Made by a program: the position numbers and the translations under genes
Notes under the pieces: model-generated
What the model was told of the DNA's origin: nothing
Seen by the model: only the letters and a program-made list of their open reading frames with translations
The model's database searches: none
Assembly (NCBI GenBank): GCA_964016885.1
Contig: OZ024743.1
Location: 366,916,001 to 366,980,000 of the forward strand
Reading direction: 5' to 3'
From: Eledone cirrhosa
Lineage: Eukaryota
Length of the DNA stretch: 64,000 bases
Part shown: positions 33,374-45,179 of the stretch, in pieces
How the letters are laid out: each line of letters begins with the position of its first letter
How positions within the stretch are numbered: the first letter of the stretch is position 1

Positions 33374-34199
33374 CTGTTATTTTATAATTAACTCCGTACT
33401 CGCACCACCAACTACACAAACAAAGACGGGTGAGGTGCATTATGTTGAGTGCTCTACATAATATTACATCGAAATTGACCATACGGAATGACCAGTTCTA
33501 TCCAGTGGTGAACCAACAAACCTAAATATATATATACATAAGTAACTCTATATAATTGATGGTAATATTTGTTTGGAAAAGAAGGCACAATTAAGGTATG
33601 GTATTCAGTACATCAAGTAGAGAAGACATATTTATCTCACAAATAAATTACTTTTACAACACTAGTTTTGCTTCACAACACATGTGCCACAAAATACCCC
33701 CAGTCCACCCTGTAAAGTGGTAATGCCCTACAAATATCTGTTTGGTTCCATTTAACATGAATCTTGTGAAGCTTTTTGGTTTCAATAAAATTCCATTTAC
33801 ATACACACGTGTATAAATATATATGTGCAGATATATATACATGATAGCAGTCCATTTATGTCCAAGGAAGACTATCACCAACTATTAAAAAGAATCATAT
33901 TTTTGACAGCAGTTCTTTAAGGCCACCAAAGATTTCTACAGGTCATTTGGCAGAGATTACAAAGAAAACTGCATATGTACACATCAGTATGCAAAAGTAT
34001 ATTCTGATGTATAGCATTATGTCTTTTTAATCCACCAATAGATTTGCAGACCTTCTCATATGAACTGTGTTATACTATTATTATAAGTATAATGGCGTCA
34101 ACATTTTGTCAGGTTTTATGAACTTGTTAGTGATTAATTAAACCAGCCTTAGAAACACATATACAATCACAAATATGGAGGACCAAGTTTACCTACCTA

Positions 34200-35220
34200 T
34201 GAAGAGGGTATCAGTAGTACTCTGTCTTGACACAAATCACATCTAATATAATTCTATTCCTTAATCAGTCATGCTAAAACTCTTTCAGTTACTTTCATAA
34301 TTTGATTCATCAGTCTCATGCTTTTGTAGTTGTTCTTTTCCCAAACTTCACCATTACTCTTATAGTAATTATGGGAAAAAAGCACCCAGCACTCACTGTA
34401 AATGAGGTTGGTGTTAGGAAGGGCATCCAGCTGTAGAAATCAAGCCAAAATCAGTTCCTATATGAGCAAGGCATGGTCAGCCGAACAGACACTGCCCACA
34501 ACAGGACAACCCGTCTAACCCATGCTAGCATGGAAGAACGGATGTAAAACGGTGATGATGATGATGATGTCATTAGATACAACACCATCACATATTACCT
34601 GATTGACTATGTGAATAACTAGCTCAAGCTCAATTTCACCATCTCAGCAACAATCTCTGATGGCCTTGTGGCTTTTCCCTTTCCCATATCCTTAACAGCC
34701 TCTTTGATCATGCAACTGTCAACTTCAATAACTGATCCTTCTGTTGGGCCTACTGGGGGTTGTCTTTCCTACACATTCTCTATATTCAGTAACCTCTCGT
34801 AAGATTTCCAGGCATCTTTCCTCTCAAGATCAGTAAACTGTACAGGAGTCATTCTAAACATACTTTTTTCCAAAATCTCGATTCACAGGCACATTGTCTT
34901 GCCATCCATAATACCTCATTCCTCTAATCTTACTGCAAAACATTCTCAATCCTCTTGCTTGCAGCTTCTCTCTGAGCTACATAAATCTGATCTACTTGAT
35001 ATCATAACCAAAGCCTTTCACTAAACATCTATGATCTGATTCCCTGATACTCCACTTTCTTCCAGTCATTCCAAGTTTGTCTTTTAGTTTTTATCGTTCT
35101 ATCTACAGTACTATTCCATCATCAAATCACCTTTCATCTGACTAGTAACTTGCTCCAGCCACAGATCTCATCAGTGACCAACAACAAGTATATCTCCTCT
35201 TCATCTTATTCTTAACAGAG
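34200..35220 (-). mobile_element. Degenerate RTE-clade LINE ORF2 fragment (pre-RT region), interrupted by an insertion at 34372-34570
   Basis: Minus-strand translation ...EAVKDMGKGKATRPSEIVAEMVK...IVNQVICDGVVSND / NYYKSNGEVWEKNNYKSMRLMNQIMKVTERVLA resembles the RTE ORF2 motif 'YKGKGD..NYRGIKLL'. Confidence 0.75.
34372..34570 (+). mobile_element. Short RTE 3'-UTR-derived copy with (GAT)n tail, nested in an older RTE
   Basis: Nearly identical to 35715-35905. Ends CCATGCTAGCATGGAAGAACGGATGTAAAACGG(TGA)n. Confidence 0.8.
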
Positions 35221-35329
35221 ATCTTGTAGTTTGCACACCCTTCCCCTTATACATAGTCCTGTCTCTGAATCTGTGTAAATATTACTCTTATGTTACTACT
35301 AGTTTGTGTATAGTAATATAGATGTTTCT

Positions 35330-35907
35330 TGATTGAGAGAGAGACTGAGCATAAGAGGAATCAAATGCTGTGTGCAGGAGAGGCGGTTGCGCTGGTATGG
35401 ACATGTGATGCGTATGAAGGATGACAGCTGCATAAAAAGGTGCAGAGCACTAGAAGTTGATGGAAACCGTGGAGTGGGGAGACCCAAGATGAGGTGATAA
35501 AAGCCGACCTTACCCAATTACACCTCTCAAAGGCAATGACACACGACCGTGACCTCTGGCGTCACGCAGTAATACAGAGTACCCGACCTCCCATGGGTAC
35601 AAGCTGAAGCATATAGACATTATGCCCCCACACCCCACACCGCAAGGTGGTCGTGGAGGTGCCACGGCAAAAAAGCACCCAGCCCACACTGTAAGGTGGT
35701 CGTGGAGGCGCCACAAAAAAGCACCCAGCACTCACTGTAAATGAGGTTGGTGTTAGGAAGGACATCCAGCTGTAGAAATCAAGCCAAATCAGTTCCTGTA
35801 TGAGCAAGGCATGGTCAGCCGACCAGACACTGCCCACAACAGGACAACCCGCCTAACCCATGAGCATGGAAGAACGGACGTAAAACGGTGATGATGATGA
35901 TAATGAT
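35330..35907 (+). mobile_element. 5'-truncated RTE LINE: ORF2 C-terminus, 3' UTR with internal tandem repeats, and (GAT)n tail
   Basis: Translates LRERLSIRGIKCCVQERRLRWYGHVMRMKDDSCIKRCRALEVDGNRGVGRPKMR*, carrying the RTE C-terminal 'RRLRWYGHV..R..GRP' motif. Confidence 0.85.
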
Positions 35908-36300
35908 TACATTTATATCTGCTCCATGTACATCTCTCAAGCTTTTAGCAGGTCATTGAAAAGCTGTGGCCTTTTAACCCTAAAATGTCAGTATCTAATC
36001 CTAACTCTAGATAGGGTGGACGAGCCCTTTGCAGTGGCATACAATTCAGGGATTAGAATAGCTCTCAATGTCAATGTTTGGGGCTAATCCTTCCAGAATT
36101 TTCTCTGTATATATCACTGCAAATCTTTTTTTTTTTCATTCCAGAGATTAACAATTTTAGTTCTCTCAGCCTCTCCCAGTAGCTCATCTATTGCACTGAG
36201 TCAAACTTCTTAGTGTAGTAATATTAGATTGCTTCAAGTTGATTTTTGCTCTATCATTCTGAAAGGTCTCAGAATTCATTTAGCCAGTTGTCAGCACATT
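35908..36300 (-). mobile_element. Degenerate CR1/L2-group LINE ORF2 3' fragment
   Basis: Minus strand reads YTKKFDSVQ*MSYWERLRELKLL...AVIYTEKILEGLAPN...RPQLFNDLLKA, a typical CR1-like ORF2 C-terminus. Confidence 0.65.
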
Positions 36301-36329
36301 GTTGCCATTTTGATGATATGCATATGGAA

Positions 36330-37095
36330 TGATGTTATCATCATTTACGTCCGCTTTTCCCTGATTGCAAGGGTGGGACTGGTTTTATTCAGCACAGAAT
36401 CTCTCCATTTGTCACGGTCCCTTGTCATCTCCTCTGTGAGCTTCAGCAATCTGAGGTCAGCTCTCACCACCTCCGCCCATGATTTTTGTGGTCTTCCTTC
36501 CACCGGATTTCTTGGCACTTCTTCACCCAGCTGTCATCTTCCATGCGCATCACATGGCCATACTAACAGTTTTCTCTCCTGCACACTACAGTTTATCCTT
36601 CTTTTACAATTTCACTTTCAACTCATCTATGCTTGGTCGCTCACGCACATTGACATTGCACATCCATCAGAGCATGCTTGCTTCATTTTTCTCTAGCGGT
36701 TGCATATCCTCCGCAGTTGCTGACCATGTATGTCTCACTATCATGCAGCATTGCGCATCTCACACAGGCATCATGTAACCGACCTTTCGTTCGTAGGGAA
36801 AAACCCTTCTTTGTCAACAGAGGAAGCAGCTCCCTAAACTTCTTCCATCCTGTCCTTATTCTACACACTATGGCCTCGGAGCATCCTCCTCCCTCGCTAA
36901 TCTGATCACCTAGTTATCGGAAGCTATCAACTACCTCTATAGATCCTACCTGCATTTGAAAAATGTGCCCTTCACTGACACTTCTACTATCAAATTTCCC
37001 TAAACATCTACCACATATGAAGTTTTCCCTTCCTGTTAGTTTGCCTGCTATCCAACTACACCGCTTGTGTACTCAAGATCTGCATTGTGTACTTA
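36330..37095 (-). mobile_element. RTE LINE ORF2 3' part and tail
   Basis: ORF 36683-36868 RIRTGWKKFRELLPLLTKKGFSLRTKGRLHDACVRCAMLHDSET. Tail AAAAGCGGACGTAAATGATGAT at ~36340. Confidence 0.85.
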
Positions 37096-38304
37096 TATTG
37101 ATCCTCATGTTAAGCACTTATTTTGACTGGGAATTCAATCACTTCTATTCTGTGTATCCTTAACATCCAGTCGTAATATTATGTGAGCTATGTGAGGCAG
37201 TTTCAGCAGGAGTTAAGCTTGTGACAGATTGGTGCCTCATCCATACTGTGAGTCATTTAACACCACACAAAATTGTGATAAACATCGGCATTTGTCCAAT
37301 TTGTGTCAGCATGGAACAGCAGACATGAACTGATAATGATGATAGTGATGTAAAGCCTCTTATCTTTACAGGAGCATTCTGCTGTCCATCAAATCAAGAG
37401 TAAAAGAACTTGTTCTGTTAGTAATACATTCATCATCTTCAATAGTTTCTGAGCCCTCAAGCATTGACCTGAATTTCATCCTATTTTGAAGTTAAGTTAG
37501 CATTTTCCTGAATTTTGTAAGCTTCTTTTGGCTGATAAACTTGGCAATTTTATTAAGTTAACAATTAAGGTCTTCCCCTATAGTCTTCAATTTATCTAAG
37601 AAAAATTCATTTCTATGCTAGTCCCTCTTGAACAGCTTCTTAGTGACCTTTCCTGTATGCATATGCTGTTAGAGTAGCACAAACGAGTTCATTTAACTTG
37701 GTGATATCTCAGTTTTAATCTTTTTAATGCAGTTTGAGAATGTAGATAATTGAGCAGCTAAGAAGTGTGACTCCCACTTCTACTAGGCATTAACTGTGTC
37801 ATTTACTTTCACTGTTCCTGTATTGGTACAGGTTCAATTATTTCAAGCAGAAAATTCACAGAGGTGTTAGAACATAGAGCAAAATGCCTTGTAGTATTTA
37901 TTCTGGCTCTCTGCATTCGGATGTCAGATTATGCCAGTCAACTTCCCTTTTAGTTTCAATAAAATAAAGTTTCAGTGCAGGGCAGTAAATTGGCCGAATT
38001 TGTCAAGTGTCAAACAAGATTCCCTGCTTCTTTGTGTGCAGAGTTCAAAAGGTGACATGGCTGACTTGGGTAGTAGATATAATCTGTTGCTCAGTTTAAC
38101 ACTACAACCTGACCGTTGGATGCCTTTAGCAGAATTCATTCTCCATTGCAAGCACTCAAACCTGATTGCCGATTTGAGAATACTTTCATCCATCCTCCCC
38201 AGTCTCAGGGGCATTAAAAGGGATCATGGAAACTGCCTTTCCCTTCTCGGCTTAACAGTAAAAAATTATGTATATATCTAAAATCTAAAGATGACTGAGA
38301 GTAC

Positions 38305-38490
38305 AAAACTTCCCCCTGGACAGGATGCCAGTCCATCACGGGGTTAAGTCCAGCTATTGCTGGTACTCATTTTCAGCTGAGTATACTGGAGCAACAAGAA
38401 ATGAAGTGTTTCGCTCAGGAACACAACACAACCCAACCCAGGAATCGAATCCACATCATGATCATAAGTCCAACACCCTTACCACACACA
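38305..38490 (-). mobile_element. tRNA-derived SINE
   Basis: Minus strand has an A-box-like GTGGTAAGGG and a B-box GGATTCGATTCC, followed by TGTGTTCCTGAGCGAAACACT...GTGATGGACTGGCATCCTGTCCAGGGG. Homologous to 48975-49180 and 53690-53833. Confidence 0.7.
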
Positions 38491-38533
38491 TATGTGTATT
38501 TATATATATATACATGTGTATATATATATGTAA

Positions 38534-38597
<64 letters not shown>

Positions 38598-38602
38598 GTA
38601 AA

Positions 38603-38637
<35 letters not shown>

Positions 38638-38805
38638 ACATATATGTGTGTACATATATATGTATGTATATGTAGATATATATGTATGTATATGTACATA
38701 TATATATATGTACACATATATATATGTATATATACATATATATATATGTACATATATATACACATGTATATATATATATACATATACCCAGTTGTAGACA
38801 TATAT

Positions 38806-38888
<83 letters not shown>

Positions 38889-38903
38889 CATGCATATATA
38901 TAT
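38484..38903. repeat. Compound (TA)n/(TG)n/(CA)n microsatellite
   Basis: Directly visible dinucleotide repeats. Confidence 0.97.
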
Positions 38904-39356
38904 TGAAAGTATAAAACGAAGCCTTTACATTAGGGTAGCAGTTCTATAAAATAAACGACAAACATATGAAAGTTTAGTTTTATTTAATAAAAGCTATGAA
39001 GTTGAACAAATCTGATTTGTTGTACTAAATATAGTTTGTTACAATGACATTAAAATATAAATGAAATGCCTCTTTCATTGCCTATGACCACATCCATTAA
39101 AGAAATGTTCAAATGAAGGTTATTATCAATAGTTGTAGTTAACGATGGGATTTGCGATTCCATCAAATCCTTAATATTTCACTATGGCTTATAGTAATCA
39201 ACTATTATTTTTTCGATAAATAATAATAATAAAACAGTTCCACTAAACTGAAAGGCTGTATAAATAAACAGTTATACCAATTAATTGGGGTACTGATTTG
39301 CACACCATTACATATTTGACATGGATCTCTCACTTCATAAAAGCGACTATACTTAC

Positions 39357-39526
39357 GTAGCAATCCTATTATCTCCTGTCAATGATGCTGCATAGGATAT
39401 AAATCCACTAGATTCCCCAGACAAATGAGATCGTTGGACAAGATTCTTCCCACTTTCTTCATCATCTTCAACTTCACACGGATTTTTCCGTCTTCTACCA
39501 GAGCTATCTTGCTGAGGGTGCGCCAT
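39357..39526 (-). CDS. Candidate first coding exon of an unidentified gene, MAHPQQDSSGRRRKNPCEVEDDEESGKNLVQRSHLSGESSGFISYAASLTGDNRIA(T)
   Basis: ATG in good context (tacaATGG) at 39526, an open non-repetitive frame, and a perfect donor AC|gtaagt at 39356. No homolog recognised. Confidence 0.45.
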
Positions 39527-41589
39527 TGTATATAGCCCCTTTTTTTCTATAGATAGCAAGGATTACTTCTTATTTTTAGCCTTCTGTACTCAGAACTTGC
39601 TTCAAATGAATTAAAAACAAACCGGTGAGAAAATTAGAATGGAATCAAGCAAATGTAAAAAATAATTGTCAATTATATAGATAAACGTACTCAGAGATAC
39701 TACTAGTACAATGGCCGAGACAAAATGTCTTTAAATAAGATCCTAAAGGTGTTGCCAACCCGTTTAATGTTACAAATATTATCTTGTGTAGTTCAAGCAT
39801 ATAGTAGTAGAATATTGTATAATCAAATATAATCTAATTACTTATCATCAATTATATATTCATATAATTCCCACTAGTGCAGGTAGTTAAATATATAGAT
39901 CTAGTTGGCACTCACTCGCAAAACTTTACTATTTATGTGAAAAATTAAAGTTATTAATAAATAAGAAAATTGAATGATCGATAACACCATAAATAATAAT
40001 TGATCGTCAGATCTACTTAGTGACCCACCCTGATCAGAAATACTACAATGGACTTGTACCACAACTGTGCTGCGAGTAGAATCGTTCAGAGCGTATTTTC
40101 TTGGCTACTTCTTTTCATTAATCAATAGATTGTTTTCTCCCCCAAATATTATTTAAATTATTCTATACAGGTATTAGTAATATATCCAGTAATCAGACGA
40201 TCTTAGATCTCCATTTTGTACTTAACCTGTATTAATGATAATAATAATATATATATGTGTGTGTGTGTCAGTTGATGCCAACAAAGTAAAGGATACTATT
40301 CAATTAAGGAGCGCAGAAACAGGAAAACAAAATGTAAATAAAATATTACAATAACAAGGAGAGGTTAAATATAAGCTAATAACCTTTAGTGAATGTTTCT
40401 TTTTGTTTCGTTTTGTTTTTAAGACGACACAATTGGAAAGATCCGTAATGGGAAATTAGTTTTAAGTTGTCAACGAAGATAGGAAGAACTTCAGTAAGCA
40501 ATAGATGAGATCGTAAAATAGTAGTTTGGTATTTTCTTTCGTTTTATAACGGAAGCAACGAGTGTTGATGTATTCTTAGTGTATGTGCAATCTAGGCAAA
40601 TCTAATGGATCTAGAGAGCGAAGGAAAGAAAAATAGAACGGAAGAGAAAAAAGGCGGGTAATGCTATCAGGAAGACTAGAGTCGGGAGTTAGCAGAAAGT
40701 GATTAGAGAAAAGTTTTTAAGTTGAGCAGAAATAATTAATGAAACTGAAACAATGTCTAATGTAGCTTGTTAAATATATTTAATTATGATCAGGAGAAAA
40801 AAAGAGTTAAGAGAATTTCTTAATGGATAACTCTTCGAACTGAATGAAGTTTGCTTTTGTAAGTATTTCATATGCTACCTTGACATTCGCTACACGCCGT
40901 ACAGTTTCTTTACTGAGTGGCCTTCACCTTCGGTTCACTGCTGAAAACCGGACGGTGAATATGAATAAAAGTTTCCCATACACAACTGTGTCATCGGTGA
41001 ATTGTTTCAAGACGTATACACCCTGTTTTGTGAAATTGGCTGCAGAAAAATAACCACCTCTTAATTCTCAAAAATAGAGCTTTTAGTTAACATATACTAG
41101 CTAAACGTTTCTGTTTATTTCTGACATTTTACTTAAACGAATTATTTACCGCACAAATCTGCTATTCTTATACACATTGTGTCAATAGTCTCTTTAGCCA
41201 TTTTCTCAAGAACGATTTTATTATTACAATAACGCGAACACAATTCTAATTTAATACATAATATCTTGATGATATTTTGTTTAATCATATTTAATCGTTT
41301 TGGTTTTTTTGTTTTTGTTCTATTTTCTCAATAGAGATCTTGCTATATTAATAAAGCGGTGACATTTTCTATTTAATACACAATAATTCTTTTAAATGAC
41401 AACCATTTTCGTACTCTATAAATTTTTCTTTTTTTAATGAATATAAAGATGTTTTTTTATTTATAATGTTTAATTTAACTATGTTAATATATTGTTAGTA
41501 TATTCGCTTGTGTGTGAATAAATTGAGTAATTTTGGTTAGTTAGTGGGGATAAATTTTACATAGTCCCTTGTTGAATACCAACGAAAGT

Positions 41590-41975
41590 GCTTCTATGCA
41601 GTCGTTCCACCTAGTAGAAATAGCAGTAAAAATTCATGCAAATCACGTTAAGCTATCTTTTTAAAAGAGACTTATTAATGTACTACCTGAAAAAAACATA
41701 GCATGGCCACGACTGGAACATCCTTGGCCCCAGGTCTGCTGATATATAAAGTATATACCATTTGCATTATATACGAGCAGATGAGGGGCACCAGGTCACT
41801 TTACCAGCTAGAAATAGTGGCTAAATCTGCACAAAAGCACACACGTGTTAAAATAAGTATACATTGGATAATACAGTACTCTGTCTTTTTTTTTTTTTTA
41901 AAGAAAAAAACATGGTCACAACTGAAACGCCTTTGATCATAGATCGGCTGGGCCAGGACAAATCTGGGATGAAAT
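41590..41975 (+). repeat. Two tandem degenerate copies of a dispersed repeat, also at 56700-56920 (+) and 47320-47430 (-)
   Basis: Shared motifs TAGAAATAG(C/T)(A/G)G..AAAT...CATTGG(A/G)TAAT...ATGGTCACA(A/G)CTG(A/G)AA(C/T)GCCTTTGATCATAG. Confidence 0.6.
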
Positions 41976-42087
41976 TACAGCCTGCAATAGTGTAGAAGCC
42001 ACATATATTACAAACGCTTTACGTCGCGGTAAATATATGTCAGCATATAGAGAGAAGTACACATAAAGATATGTGTTCAATATATAT

Positions 42088-42248
42088 CAGACCTGTCAAC
42101 TCTCCCCGTCGGACGGAGATGTCTTCTCTTGTGAAAATGGGTATAGCTTTCCTTATGTAAAATTTTCCCATTTTGCATCATTTATCCCCATTTGGGGGCA
42201 CTTTTTTCATGGTACTCCCCGTTTTTTTTTTATAGCTTGCCCTGTCTG
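42088..42248. mobile_element. Putative MITE (~160 bp) inserted in a (TA)n tract
   Basis: Imperfect terminal inverted repeats CAGACCTGTCAAC ... CTTGCCCTGTCTG, flanked by TATATAT on both sides. Confidence 0.45.
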
Positions 42249-43339
42249 ATATATATATATATATATATGACATTTGCAGGGAAGCAAAAGACATGACTCA
42301 TGGGTTGTTGCATTAGGGAGCAAATTATTCTCAGATCAAAAACCTAGATTAAATGCTTGCAACAGAGTGGAATCCACTAAAGCCCCCAAAGGCTAAAATA
42401 TGGTATTAAAACTGGACAATGGATTGATAAGTTTCTGTGTTTGTCCTATTAATATATTATGTACAGTTGTAAAAATATATCTTTAGGACTACTCTTTAAA
42501 TGGAGACAGGAATAAATATAACCTAAAAAAATATTTTAAAACCAAACTGTGCTACTCATATAAAAACACCTATCAAGTGAGACGTATCAAAAGTATGTTC
42601 CCTGATAACATCTGTTAAAGGTATGGAATATCCAAATTCCCAAACCAAAACTGATATGTTAATAGTTGCCAGCATCTGGGATAAACTCATGTAAAGAAGT
42701 GAAATTTTAATTTTTAACAAATTCACTCTCATACATACATGATTGATATTACATTGGTTTTTGATGATGAGCGTTTTCAGTGTTTGATTAATGGGACTAC
42801 TACCTACTAGTGGAATTAGAGTGTAAGTAGTTGAGTATTCCAGTCATTTCTACCCCTTAACATAATCCCCAGTGCGTTACTGTGTGTATCAAAGCTGGCT
42901 CTTTGAATTATAGGTGCAGATCATCTAACAGGCTTACACAGTTTTCATCTAAGATAATTCACTTGCAAAACTTGGATCAACTTCAGCTTGTAGAAGAAAC
43001 TTGTTCAATATATCATCCATCTGGATCAAAGCCACTACCCCATGATAGCAAAGTAAGCTTCTTAGACATTCAGCTATGCATCTACCCTATGAAAAATTGG
43101 ATATATATATATATATGAGGTTGTAGTCTCTGCAGAGTAATATAGAAACTATATAATATGATGTATGACACCCACAGATACACAGGAAAACATAAAGATG
43201 GAGGGTTTGAAAACTAAAGTACCTTTCTGTTAAACATAGGCTTAGAAAAGCCCTACAGGATACATTTGATGAAAGGAGCGACTAGCTAGATACATGTAGA
43301 TGACAATTGGAAATTCTTACATGAAAGGTGCCAAGCACT

Positions 43340-43850
43340 CAAAGTTGATAGAAGCTGAGAAGTGGGAAGACCTAGAAAAATATGGGATGAGGTGATAAAA
43401 GCTGACCTTGCATAATTGCACCTCTCAAAAGCGATGACACAGAACCATGATTTCTGGCGCTATGCAGTAATACAGAAGAACTGCATTCCCATATGCAGGG
43501 ACTGAAGCATACATCTAGTATGCACCACCTTCCCTCCCATACACCTCCTATGTTGTAATCACCCCACCCACGCTCTAACACCCCACACCTAGATCTGCCT
43601 CCCCAATTCTCCGTGCATCCACCCACCCACTTCCCCAATCCACACTATAAAGTGATCATCTTGGTGCCATGACTGAGCGCCCTGTCCCCAATGTAAAGTG
43701 GTCATGTAGGTGTCACAACAAAAGCAGCCAGTTCACACTGTAAATGTGGTTGGCATTAGTCAGGGCATCCAGCTGTAGAAACCAAGCCAAAATCAGTTCT
43801 GTGTGAGCAAAACATGGTTCTCCAACATGGGACTGTAGCAACAAGACAGC
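43340..43850 (+). mobile_element. RTE 3' end (same family as 35330-35907)
   Basis: GGGAAGACC...GATGAGGTGATAAAAGCTGACCTTGCATAATTGCACCTCTCAAA...CACTGTAAATGTGGTTGGCATTAGTCAGGGCATCCAGCTGTAGAAACCAAGCCAAAATCAGTTC. Confidence 0.8.
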
Positions 43851-45179
43851 GAGTGGAGGCCGAAAGAATCTACGGTGGATCTGCAAGATTTTTTTTTTTT
43901 TTTTTTACTAAAAACCTCATCTTTAAAAATTTATGATTTTATAATATTTACAATATTTTTCAATATTTAATTTTTGGTCACAATGTTGTGTAGATGTAAA
44001 TACTGAAAAATCTTTTGACTCTAAGGATAAGGTTAATAGTCCAAACAATTATGATCTTATTAGCAAAGTATCTCAGACATTTACATTGCTGGATTCATTT
44101 CTTAATGTTGAAACAAAATTTATCAGCAATAGCTCAGCACTCTGTCTATGGGAATATTTATCTCTTATCTGCTTATTGTCTCAGAAACCAGAGATAGACA
44201 TTGTTAGTGGGTAAACCAAGTCTTTCCCCACCAACATAATACTCTAGAATTCCTCTCTATATATGCTTTTCACCTACAAGAAGTCACCTCCAAAAGTCGG
44301 TCTGGTAAAGCCTTTTTGGTTGAAAATGTTGTCACCAATTTAGCGGAGAGGTATATTTTAGAAGTTGTAATGTTGCCACGAGGAACCAGGTTTGGTAGAA
44401 AGATATGATAGGAATATCGACAACGACTTTAGCTTGGTTTTACATTATCACAGATTATTGAATCAGCAACAACAAATGCTGAAAGAGCACAGTGAAAAAA
44501 TAATTGAGCAGAAAGATGCATGCAAGAAAAAAAAAAATGAGGCGCGACGAGCCGTGTTGAGCCGCTGTCAAATGACTAGCTGTTTTGTAGTTTATACGTG
44601 ACCACTAAAGGTCTACCAGAAAACAGATAAAGTCTGACATGGGCGAAGTTGCTGTTCTTGCATTAAATGTTAATGGTAAGTGTTGTACCAGTAGCTGTGA
44701 ACGAAACTATTATGGTAGTTTACCAGTGCTGGCAAGAAGATGATGGGTAGGTGAGAAAATGTTGGCCTCCCAGATGTATTGCCGAATGTGCTAGGGAGCC
44801 AGGAATCGCGGAATGTAGGTCACTACACCTTCAAAGAGCATTGACACTGTTTCTCCTCCTCTATAAATAAATAAAAAAAACACATAAAATAGTGAGAGGT
44901 ATCAAATCTACCATATTCCAATTACTGTCAATGATGTCCTTGAGTAAAAGAATTAATCTCATAATACATTACTCCCTTTCCTTAAAAATAGAGGACTTTG
45001 CTAATTGGAGGAAAAAAATTATTGTAGTTATAACTTTGATCTCTATCAGCCAGAAAATAAGATAAGGGATTCTAAGATGATGTAACACACAGGCTTTTCA
45101 CAATCAATAGCAATAGAGAAGTGAAACATAAATCAAATTGTATACTCAAATGTATATATATATGTGTGTGTGTCTACAA

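Noticed and set aside
33284-33521. Longer version of the candidate exon using the tttag acceptor at 33522
   Set aside because: It has stops in all three frames, so it is viable only as a non-coding or terminal exon.
38325-38949. YI/YT-rich ORFs on both strands
   Set aside because: Artefacts of the (TA)n/(CA)n microsatellite.
40879-41039. Minus-strand frame interrupted by a single TGA, raising the possibility of a selenoprotein exon
   Set aside because: No redox motif context, no recognisable homology and no SECIS identified. A single stop in about 53 codons is expected by chance.
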